Assembly: GCA_951804945.1 (NCBI GenBank)
Contig: OX638151.1
Location: forward strand, 75,578,001 to 75,642,000
Length of the DNA: 64,000 nt
Reading direction: 5' to 3'
Source: Podarcis cretensis
Taxonomy: Eukaryota
In this document: one piece after another, positions 53,007 to 64,000 of the stretch
Layout: each line of letters starts with the position of its first letter
Position numbering within the stretch: the first letter of the stretch is position 1
The notes under the pieces: generated by a model
The model's input: the letters and a program-made list of their open reading frames with translations, nothing else
Databases searched by the model: none
Told to the model about the DNA's origin: nothing
Program-made: the position numbers and the translations under genes

Positions 53007-53248
53007 CAGTGGTACCTCGGGTTACATACGCTTTAGGTTACATACGCTTCAGGTTACAGACTTCTCTAACCCAGAAATATTACCTCGGGTTAAGAACTTT
53101 GCTTCAGGATGAGAATAGAAATCGTGCAGGGGCGGCGCAGCGGCATCAGGAGGCCCCATTAGCTAAAGTGGTGCTTCAGGTTAAGAACAGTTTCAGGTTA
53201 AGAACAGACCTCCAGAACGAATTAAGTTCTTAACCCGAGGTACCACTG
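53007..53248. mobile_element. Tc1/mariner (Tigger-like) MITE
   Basis: TA-CAGTGGTACCTCGGGTTA...TAACCCGAGGTACCACTG-TA. Confidence 0.9.
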
Positions 53249-53967
53249 TAGTTGAAAGCCAGTTTTCCTTAATTATGGTCTTGTGGACAAAGATGGGCAC
53301 CCATTTCAGGGTCTAGGGCCACATTCCCTTGGAAGAAAGTGGTTGGGGTCTACCCTGGGATCATACCTTACAGGACACCCTATAAAGAAAGTAAAAAGTA
53401 TGTTATATTGTGATTTTAAAGGGGGAAAGGTGCAGGGGGAGGTGGACAGGTGATCTAGGACTCTAACAACGCCACTGATTGCACATAATAATTCATTGTT
53501 GGCTGTCTATCCCTCCCAACTTTCAGCACTCCCATTCTTTCCTCTCCAAGATGGAAACTGAAACAGCCATTGAGTATGCTGCACCTAGTAATGTCCTAAG
53601 TTAGTTGTTCTCTTGTTTCCCACTGTCTGTGACCCTTCCCTCCTCAACTGGGCAGATGACTAAACACAAGCCCAGCATATAATAAAAAAGAGGACAAATG
53701 CAGAATGACGCAGCATGTTCTAAACAGGAATGCCCATCACTGACGTCTGTGCCAAAAACCTCTGCTGTTGACCTATTAAGCTCAGCTCTGCTAAGGGGAA
53801 ACCAATTGTATGAGAATGGAAGTATTTTTAATGCCACCCATCCATCCTGTTTCCAGGGCAGTTTGCAAAGCTACAGACTGGAGAAGCTAGATGAAGTAGG
53901 TCTGGGGTGGTTGGCTTATTGCTTACAGGTATACCCTCCTCGGGCCCCTCAGGAAATGTGGGTTATG

Positions 53968-55231
53968 GTTGTCACCTATGGAAGCTAAGGCTCTGAGAAG
54001 ACTCAATATGCAGGCCAAATGGCCGAAGTATTGGGAGATATTAGAACAGGAAGGAGACAAAATGAATTTGCAGAGTTTTGAGAAATTAAAAGACAAAGTG
54101 CGAGATTGGCTTCACTATTATCAAATAAGAGAGGCCTATAATTTGGATAAGAAATTGGGCTTCCAGGTGGAAAAATCGAAACTGGAGACAGAACTGTTAG
54201 AACCTAAAACTAAGATTCTTTCAAGAATGTATAACTTGCTTTTGAAATGGAACACTCAGGATGAAACAGTTAAATCAGCCATGATTAAATGGGCACAGGA
54301 CATAGGTCATAACATTTTGTTTGCTGACTGGGAAAAGTTGTGGACCACCGGTATGAAATTCACGGCATGTAATGCCCTAAGAGAGAATATTATGAAAATG
54401 ATTTATAGGTGGTACATGACCCCAGTCAAGCTTGCTAAAATTTATCACCTGCCTGATAATAAATGTTGGAAATGTAAAGAAACCGAGGGTACTTTCTTTC
54501 ACCTTTGGTGGACGTGCCCGAAGATTAAGGCTTTCTGGGAGATGATATATAATGAACTGAAAAAGGTTTTTAAATATACCTTCCTTAAGAAACCAGAGGC
54601 CTTTCTCTTGGGTATAGTCGGCCAATTGGTGTTAAAGACAGATAGAACGTTTTTTATGTATGCGACAACAGCAGCAAGAATACTTATCGCAAAGTATTGG
54701 AAGACACAAGATTTGCCCACCCTGGAAGAATGGCAGATGCAAGTAATAGACTACATGGAGATGGCAGAAATGACTGGCAGAATCCGAGACCTGGGAGAAG
54801 AAGCGGTGGAAGAGGACTGGAAGAAGTTTAAAGATTATCTGCAGAAACACTGCAAAGTTTATGAATGTTAAAATGATGTTGGATATAAAAATAATATGGC
54901 ATTAGTGATACAGGTTTAAAAACTATGTAAAAATGTAATTGAAAAAAGGTGAAAGACTAAAGTTATATTATATCAAAAGTAAATAATATGTTAAAGGTGT
55001 TTAAACATAAGGAGGAAGGATTGGAGACATAATAGAAAGATTTTAATAATCAGAAATGAGCTTTGAAAGTGGGTAAGGATTTGCTGTATTTGATTGAGTA
55101 AAGGGGAACACAAAAAAGGGAGGCGGGAGGAAGTGAGGAAAGAAAGTCTTGCAAATATCAATTTAAAAGCTGGAATTTCTATTTTTAATTTTCTCCTTTT
55201 TTTCTTGATGTTTTTTATCTTCTGTAAAAGC

Positions 55232-55265
<34 letters not shown>

Positions 55266-55266
55266 A
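53968..55266 (+). mobile_element. 5'-truncated L1-clade LINE with an open ORF2 C-terminus of about 300 aa
   Basis: CWKC-x8-H-x4-C motif, AT-rich 3' UTR and (TA)n+A tail. Perfect 17-bp TSD AGGAAATGTGGGTTATG (53951-53967 / 55267-55283). Confidence 0.9.
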
Positions 55267-56608
55267 AGGAAATGTGGGTTATGAATCTAAATTCAGTTAT
55301 TTATTTTTATTTACCACCTTTATATTCCATGTACATGGTTCTCTTCTTCCCCATTTCATCCTCACAACAATCCTGTGAGGTAGCTTAGACTAAGAGGTGG
55401 TGACTGGCCCAAAGCCAGTGAGCTTCATGGCTGAGCGGGGATTCAAACCCTGGTCTCCCAAACCACAGTCCAACACTCTAACCATTGTAAATGGTAGAAC
55501 GCTTTTGTTGAAATGGTTAGTTTACTCTTCATTTGTTTGTGATTTAAGGAAGGGCCATTAATAAGGAAAGCAATTACAAAATTGGCCTTACTTTAAAAGA
55601 GTATTTTTAATCATTCTTTATTCATGTAAAGCTCACTTTATGCAGACAAGTATTAAGTACATTCGACTGTGAGAGCCTTGTGAGCAAATGGAATTTATTT
55701 CAAGGAGAAATGTCCATGTACAGCAAGTTTAGAAATTACTAAAAAAGGAAGAATAGGAGTCCAGGATTACATTTGCAGTGCATAATCCCCCCCAAAGTAT
55801 GCAAAAATGTAGCAAGGCATTTTTGATCCCTAACAATCTGTGTCTTTGCTGGATCCCCGTACATTGCCTTGAACTTACTGTTAAACTTTGGCAATTGAAA
55901 AGCCTGCTGAATCGGAGCTGACTGTGTGTCAGACACTATTTTGATGAGCAGTTCTGTCATACTTGTAGCACAATACACTCTGCCCAGTTTTGTGTTCAGA
56001 ACAAAATAAAAATAAAAAGGCAGCTTATTCACTATGTGACATATCACTGTTCGGGCAATTAAACACAAAGAGTAGATACCAGCTGTGTTCGCAGACCACA
56101 TTAAACCATAGCTAATGCTTCACTATGTTGTAGGAAATAGGAAAATGTTGACTTAGTTTGGAGGGCTGAGCAGGGAAAGATCAGTCAGCTAAGAATTCTA
56201 CAGCAAGATGAAAGGTCACAACTGAGTGTACATTTAATGGCATATCAGGAAATTTCAAAGGTGTGCTCTACTCACTTTTTGCAGGGTATGTCATTAAAAA
56301 CATAGCATCCCATTTCAAAGCCTTTCGTTATATGAGGCCAAGGAAGATTAAAGGTGATATTACTTGATGGTGAGGATACAAAGTGTTGATTCCTAAGTGC
56401 ATCATATGCAAAAGCCAGAACGCCTTGGGGCTTTCTAGAGGGGAGACGAGTGTTTCAACTACCATTTAATTATAAAGAAAGAAAGGAAAATTTGAGCTAC
56501 TTTTTGAAATGCAAGATTTCTAGCAGAATTCATCAACTAGGTCCACGGGGAAAGACTTTGCATCAGCTAAAAAGTTAAGCCTTGATAAATTATGTATTTT
56601 CAAAGCTT

Positions 56609-56696
56609 CGTGTGTGTGTGTGTGTGTGCGTGTGCGTGTGCGCATGCGCGCGTGCGTGCGTGCGCGCACACACATGCACACAAACACACACACGTG
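56609..56696. repeat. Alternating purine-pyrimidine tract (TG)n-(CG)-(CA)n
   Basis: Read directly from the sequence; quasi-palindromic. Confidence 0.9.
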
Positions 56697-56831
56697 AGTA
56701 TTGTAGGGTGATGCTTGATTGCTTATACAGCCTGTTCGTTGGTATACCAATAATAGCTACAGACTCTTGTGAATTCTGTTCATTGAAGAGGCACGAAATC
56801 AGTGAGTGACCAACTTGAATCACGTTTTCAG

Positions 56832-56935
56832 GTATTATCTACCACTGTGATCTGACCAAAGAAGAACTGGAGCCAAGAGTTTTCCGAGAGGTCACAGTGA
56901 AAGGATTTGATCCTTCAGCTTACCAAACAGTTCAG
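56832..56935 (+). CDS. PREP: PREP coding exon 10 ([35 protein letters not shown]); the gene continues beyond the window
   Basis: CAG acceptor, GTGAGT donor, 104 nt. The cumulative 1317 nt equals codon 439. The next exon (IFYPSKDG...) was not found before 64000. Confidence 0.97.
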
Positions 56936-59900
56936 GTGAGTAAAGAGCAGTGATCCTTTCTTACAGATTCTAATTAACTGCTGTAAAAGGCTGACAAGAG
57001 TTGCTGTTGGTTACAATTGATTTGAATTTATCTTTTGGTCGATTTTGCACCCTTACAAGTATAGTTACAGGATGGAGCCCATTAATTGACAGGACATTTT
57101 GATCTCATGATGATGGTGACAGTACCCTGTGAAAATGAATGTGCCACCTGGGCAGACACCCTAAAGTCCATACTTTGTGATTCTGTGGTGTTAATAACAG
57201 TAGCTGGTGTTTGCTATGAGTCATGCTTTACTATCCTAAGAGTTTAATCTCAAGTGTCCCTAGCCAATTGTAGTGACTTAAAAGGGAATCTGGTGAGACT
57301 CCTTGAGAACAGGTACTGAATTTGAAGCATTTACTTGGAATTTCAACAGTGCCAGTGCCAGAGGGACCCTGAGTCTACTTTCCGTTTCCACCTTCCCCAG
57401 CAGCTTGGACTGCTCCTTCCTTCTGTTCCCTTCCTGACACAGGGCAGTATCCAACTGAACGGTTAGGCTGCTGCAGCAGCTTTTAAGCTGTGCATTGTAA
57501 CTTCCTCACTCTTCCTCTGACACCCCTAAATCTGCTCTAGGAGCTTCCCCAACTCTCTGGAGTAGATGGGACAGAGACATAAGGCCTGCAGGGAGCGAAG
57601 GAGGTCAGGAAGTTACATGGTGGTAGCTGAAAAGTCATTGCGCTAACGTAACAGTATGGGTACCATCCCCTCTTTTTTCGCTTATTAACATCCTTCTGTT
57701 GCCCTCCACCTGAAATTCTCACTATCCCCCTCCCCAGTTGGAGTCAATTGCCCACCCAGGGAAATTAGGCTGCCCATCTTTCTCTGCGCCCCACAGTTCC
57801 TTCAGCTCTTAGGAGAAGGCTTACTGGCTGAATCCTTGCATAGGTGAAATTATTTTAGAATGAGAATCCATAGCAACATTTTCATGCAAGTTCCACTTGT
57901 CAGTGGCTCTCAGCCATGATGGCTGAAAAGAACCTTCATGATGCCACAGGCCATTGACTGCTCCTTGCTGGAGGGGAGAAAGGAGACAGTAGGAAGAGGG
58001 CCTTGCCTCCATGTCTATTTGTGAGCTTGTCTGGAAGCACCTGGTTGGGTACTGTGAGAATGGGGTGCTGGACTAGGTCAGGGACGGAGAGACTGCAGCC
58101 ACCCATCTTACGATTCCACTGCAGACAGATGGGCAAGAGAGATTATCAAAGGTGCCACCATTGTTCCTTAATACAAGCATACTGTGTACATGCACTTTTG
58201 TGACCCATCTTGTGTTTTTGTAAAAAGGACATGGGTGTGTAACCTTAATAAGTATACAGTGTTCCTACATTCAGTGAGATGACAGTAATTGAATTCAAAT
58301 ACCCGTGTAATTAAAGTGTTTCAGTGGGAGGAAAAGCTAATGGGAATTTTAGGTGGAAAATGTTTGTAGAATCTAAAATCATTTCTGTACTTGCCTCAAG
58401 TTCCAGTGTTAAAACTACGCAAACGTTTGAAGAATTCAACATCAGTTCTTTGAGATTTGTTTTTAAAAAGGAACCAATAGTTCTGTCTTTTTGACTGAAG
58501 CTTTAAAGTCATCACTGATGTGCAATGTCAACATTTTTATGGCTAGGCTGTTTTCAGTACATTAAACTAGGTATCTCTAATAGGACTAACAATATACTCA
58601 TGTTGCTAGAACACACAGTATTATTGAGACATAGTATTTCTGATAAGCACAATTAAGCCCATCATTGCTAGCATGGCATATATTAGTAAAGATTAAAAGA
58701 TGTACTGTGATTCTGTTTTATGTTGATGTCTGTTATTTGAACGCTCAGAAAATCTTTGAATATGTGTATGCGTGTACAGAATTGGCATCACTCTTCCATA
58801 AAGCACTGAGAGTAGATTAAACACAAATGTATAATTTGAACAAATTATTCTCAAATATGATTGGATTTTGTGGCTGGGTGGTGGTTGGTTTGTTGTTGAT
58901 GTTTTTGTTCTTTCATCTGGGTAGAAGAAAGCAACTGAGAGAACTGTTTGGCTTTACCTGCTGTGGCAGGGATGGGGAGCTAGATATAAACAGTGGAGCA
59001 TCCCCAGTAAACCAGATTCGACTGTTGGGTGTGTCCATCCACTTTATGTCACAAATCCAACCAACATTCAAAGCACCAACAATGAACTGATATTTGGGTC
59101 TTGAAATGCCCAAAATCACTTTGCAAGATCCAAGTTAGCTGACGGTTTGGCCTCGCTTTGCAAGGGGCTATTCTGATCATTGGGTCCTGCAAAGTGTTTT
59201 GCAGAAGATTTTGCATGCATTGCCAGTTGTGGGGGGGGGGGGATGGGGGCGGTTTGTGTTGTTTTTTGAGCAACAAACCATGAACCTGAGTTCAGCTGTA
59301 ATGCTAAGCCAAACCATGTTCTCCTTTTAACTACTGTTAAGCTTAAATGTGGCTTAAAGAGACAAGCCAGCCAGGCCTTTGAATACTAGTCCCCTACTCC
59401 CCATTATTAACACTGTTTTCCTCCTTAAGTTTATGTAGGGACAGAGACAAGTTCGCACGGTTCTGTTTAATTGAGCTTTCCTGTTTGGTATTGTAAATCA
59501 TTCATATGTTTCTTTAGGTAAAAGCTATGCATTTTCAGCCCTTGTGATGAGCCCTGTGCTCATCATATTTATACCCTAGAGTGATATTTCATCATAGATT
59601 ACACCTCCAGCTGTTCCAGTTCAGAATTCAGTACATTTATTTTGGCAGGCCAAGATTACAGTTGCTGAAACGGTGTGGTTGAGACCAGTTCAATTGCTCT
59701 TAATGCCAGTTAAACAGATACAAAATGATAGGCTCCAGGAATTTGTCTGGGCAGTTGTGAACTTCTATTTAAAGGAAAGTTGCATGACAGTGTATTCTAA
59801 GGAATAGCATAGATTAAGGGCCATATTGTGAAAATATAAGAATATCAGAGACCTGCTAGATCAAACCAAAGGCCCGTCTGATCTAGCATTCTGTTCTCAC

Positions 59901-60557
59901 AGTGGTAAACTAGATGCCTATGGGAAACCCTCTGAAAGGTCTGGGTTGTATAGTGAACTTAGTATAGCTCCTTTCTTACTACATTTAACAATGTAGACTG
60001 GAATATTTGTTTATTCAGGAGTAGAAACGAGATTAAAATAATCTTTGCCCCTTACACAGAATTGTATCGGGTACAGATGTGGTAATCTTGACAAGGTTGA
60101 GGATGAGTCAGAACTGAATTTAATTGGCAGTTTGTAAGAGAAATTTCTTCACAATTAGATATCTTCCCACACCATTCTTGGATCATGCTATCCTTACTGG
60201 TGTGACACTTTGTGAGTATTAAATGTGCAAACTTTTTTTAAATGAAAATCTTTTTTCCATTTAAAAAAATGTACTAACCAAGTTCCTGATTGCCCTTATG
60301 GGGGAAAATAAGAGATTCAGATCACAATTTTTAAGGGAGAATATATTGAGGGTTCTTTTTCCTAATATCTTTCCAAATAAATGGTCTACTGGGATTCAAA
60401 ATTGGCATGTTCAGTGGTTCTGCAATCTTGCTAATGAGCATCACCCTTAAGATGACTGAAAATATTCATGTTTCAGAAGAGCTGTGCCTTGCTCTGTTCT
60501 TTAGGAAGTTCTGTTGGGAGCTGCCCAGAGTGGCTGGGGCATGAATACAAATAATAA

Positions 60558-60560
<3 letters not shown>

Positions 60561-60607
<47 letters not shown>
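60561..60607. repeat. (ATT)n microsatellite (retroelement tail)
   Basis: Read directly from the sequence; preceded by GCTGCCCAGAGTGGCTGGGG. Confidence 0.9.
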
Positions 60608-60608
<1 letters not shown>

Positions 60609-63600
60609 ATTGTTTTCTGTTGGTGTTTCAACTGTACCTTTTAGAGTGAAATGGTTACCTATAGCCTTAAGTAATAGGCATCTGCTAATTTATTTTTAGC
60701 CAACTTATAATTATTGGTTGCCCCCCTCAAACAAGTGGTCTGGTTTTACATAGGAAGCTGCCTTATACTGGTGTATGTCTCCTACGTTGTCTACATTGAC
60801 TGCAAGTGGCTCACAAAGGTTTCAGACGTGGTTCTTCCCCTGTCCTACCTGAAGAATGCTAGTGTTTGAACCTTCACCTTCTGCATGCAAAGCAGTTGCT
60901 CTACCTTTGAGATATGGCTCAAATTCTAGTAATAGTTATTATGAATGCAGGTTTAGGATGCTGCCCTGTATGCTCAGGCTTGCTCTCTGGAGTTCTGCCA
61001 AATATGGTAGTTTTCAAGTAGAAATTAATTGTTATAGTGAGAAACGTTTTTCTCTGCCAAAATTCACCTCTTTCCCCCCTCTCAATCCTGCTCGGCCTAT
61101 CATATCTCCAGTTCAGCTACTTCTTCAGAGAATTTTTTCCCAAGCTGTTACTGATGCTCCAATCAGCCTTAATTAGTCCTGTGGATGATCCTATCCATTG
61201 GAGATTATGCACTCTAATAATGCTGTGCGGCCAATTAGATTTAGCCATCACTGAGGGGGGCAAGTGAAACTGAGGGCAATCTAAAATAATGCAAGTCACT
61301 AGAGGAAGGCATGCTTTTCAGCAATGCTGAAAATGTGTGCAAAAAAAGAAAAAAGATTGTGAGTACTTTCAGCGTAGTGCTACTTCCATCCATTTGGGAA
61401 CAGTTGGGATGTTATCTTCTCTTGTTGGCCTTGGTGAAAAATACAGAAGGCTTTGCCTCTTAGTGTGTGCTGAGTGTTTTGCTAGCACAGGAACAAGAAA
61501 TAAGTTTTCTCTAGAAGAAAATTTATTGGTTGGTGGGTTTTTTTCTTTCTCTTCTTCCCCAATTCCGGCTTCTTAGCCTACTCTTTTCTTGCTGTTGCCT
61601 GTTCCTTTTTCTGGGGAAGACCTGTGAACATAGACAAGACCTGTGAACGTAGTTTTCCTATTCATATTTCTTCAAGCAGTGCTACGACTTCCAAGTCTGT
61701 GCCAGGGAACTGGTTCACACATAGCATTAAGCCATAAACCATGGTAAGTCATAAATGGATGGTTTACTCTTAAGCATACAGTTTACTGATGCATGCTGTT
61801 CCTTGGTGCCTGCCCCTCTCCTCCCTGCACCAACTGCCAGGCCAGTAGGAAAGGAACCAGAGTGCTGGTTTGGCAAATGGCATTTGCGGTTTGTTTCCTT
61901 CAAACCACAAGCAATAAAGCAAACAAGACACTTTGGCTTCCATTCATGGTTTGTTTAGAGACTAGCAAATCATAAACACTCATCTGCACATAATGCAAAA
62001 GAAGATGACTGGTTTGCTTCTTCCAAGTGCAGCACAGGAAGGAGAGAGGGATGCAGTTGAGCCGCGGGTTTGTTTTGGACCATTCCTTGCCCTTATGTAC
62101 AAATAAGACCATTGTTTTAAAACAAATACCAGTAAAAACCCCTGGAGGCTTGCAGCCCAAATTGAAAGTAAGGAAGGACTGGTCTCTTCATGAATTGTTG
62201 TTGAACGTGGTTTTCTTTTCAAACATCTTGAGGCTTGGGGTGCCCAGATAAAATGGAGGATACAGATAATATCAGCATGTACAGCTTCTCTTATTGTTGC
62301 ATAAGGAGTTGTACCCACCAAACTTCACTCTTCTGTGCTGCTTTAAAAGTATGAATCTGCTTATCCTGCATTGCAGATGAGATGTCAGAGCACTTTTGTG
62401 AACAGGTAATGTTGGGCTGCATACCTGCATGCAATATGTTGTGATAGTTCGGGTAGTATTTCCAATTTCCAACTTGTTTCCAGTGAGTAGTGGAGATCTT
62501 GACTGATGGATGAGGACGTTGCAATCTGAGGCTTCATTCCAAACCTTCAGATGCCGCTTGTTAAAAGACCGCCCTGAATGGAAGGAGATCTGCTTCAATC
62601 CATACCCATTGATCCTATTGCTCTACAAATTGCTTACTACGCAGGAAAAGCTTTTTAATGGCAATTTAAATGAAAGTTTTTCCAGTCTTTAAAGTACTCT
62701 GAATAAAGATGTATTTTGAGTTTTACTGTAAGTAATTGAGTTCATCTTTACTCATGGGAAGGATAAAGTCTATTTGTCCTTTCTTCCCCCTCCAGTATCA
62801 TTTCTGAAATGGAACATGGGTAAAACTTTTATCCTTTTTAATTGTAGGTTTTGCAGCTAACACAAACATTGATCTAGGAATACAGATTGATCTTGCCTTT
62901 GTGAGTTAACAATCAACACATTATTTCACATATTCCCAAGATAGAGAAGAATTATTTCCTCTTACATTAGCAAGTGGATCTCAATTTATTTTGTTTGACA
63001 GTTCAAAATGTTTCATAAAAGTGGCAGAACAAAACACTTGCTGATGGGCATCTGGGTAATTAGGAATATTGCTCTAGGCATAGGATAACCCATGTGGTGC
63101 CCTCCATATATTTTGGGCTACAACTCCCATAATCCCTGACAATTGACTATGCTCACTGAGGCTAATGGGAGTTGTGATACCCTCCAGATGTTTTGGCATA
63201 TATTGTCAATTCCTGCCCTATGATGTCTTTTTATATAAGCTGGAATGAAAGCCTTGTTGCTTACTCTGAGGATCCGCTCTGAGGGTGTATACACCTCAGT
63301 TCAGAATTAGACTCCCTTCCTCTTCCACTTCCCCTGCAAGCCAAATCCAAAGGATTAACTGCATCCTAAGCACAAGAAGCCTTCAAAGGAACCCTGGAAA
63401 TTGTATGTGAGGCTCCCAGGTACCTGGGATTCTGACATGACAACATTCAGGAATGAGATGGGTAGAGTGAGATGCTCACCAGCATGGATTAAAATCTGAG
63501 CCAGAAAAGAACTCTTGAAAAAATGATGCTAGAGTTATGATGTCATTGACTATTATGAACATGATTAGTAGTTTGTACTTGGAATTAGAATTAGAATTCA

Positions 63601-64000
63601 GTAGTTGAAAACTTGAGTGCATCACTGTGAGTTCACTTTGTTCCATGCAAACTGAAGGAGGGTGAATCCAGACTGTTCTGAAACCAGCGCCAAAAACATA
63701 TCGGTGTAAATGTAGCTAGAATATCACCTTGGTTCTCAATTTTAGAGGAAAAAGTTTCACCTCGACAGTATGGTTTGTCTGAGTGACATAATGTAGTATG
63801 TTGTTAGGGGTTTCTTTTGAATTGGTTTTCACAACTTGGATGCCACATTTAAACTAACACACATTATCAAAATCCATCTAAAAGTAGTTTTAGGAAATGT
63901 GGAGCCAGGGAAAGATAACCTTCTTCCCTAGTTTGAGGGACAGAAAGAGCCATCTTGGGACAGCTACGCCTCTGAGCAGTGCAGAAATGGGGTCCTCAAT

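Noticed and set aside
56936-64000. PREP exon 11 or a nested gene
   Set aside because: No IFYPSKDGTKIPMF-like sequence or other recognisable coding exon was found, so the region is treated as intron 10.

Overview
Eukaryotic DNA from a squamate reptile. The Sauria SINE subfamily suggests a lacertid lizard, which is an inference. The main gene is prolyl endopeptidase (PREP, + strand). Coding exons 1-10 (16583-56935; 1317 nt, codons 1-439) can be read with GT-AG boundaries and consistent phase. The catalytic C-terminal exons lie beyond the window. About 14 kb upstream is an intact, intronless IFI27/ISG12-family ORF (2425-2712) with retrocopy hallmarks: an A-tract and a 10-bp flanking direct repeat. 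The rest is dense in transposable elements: a near full-length but frameshifted BovB (RTE) LINE in PREP intron 1, two 5'-truncated L1-clade LINEs with TSDs, CR1 fragments, four Sauria SINEs, many hAT and Tc1/mariner MITEs, microsatellites, and a 131-N gap. The most interesting observations are: (i) the putative ISG12 retrogene; (ii) an in-frame upstream ATG that could add a 98-aa, presequence-like extension to PREP; (iii) the PREP promoter ZNF143/THAP11 motif lying inside a decayed copy of a lizard palindromic repeat; (iv) a near-identical inverted SINE pair bracketing exons 3-8; (v) an 88-bp hairpin-unit minisatellite carried inside a MITE. No prokaryotic systems such as CRISPR are present. 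I see no clearly new multi-gene system, and the findings are hypotheses to test.
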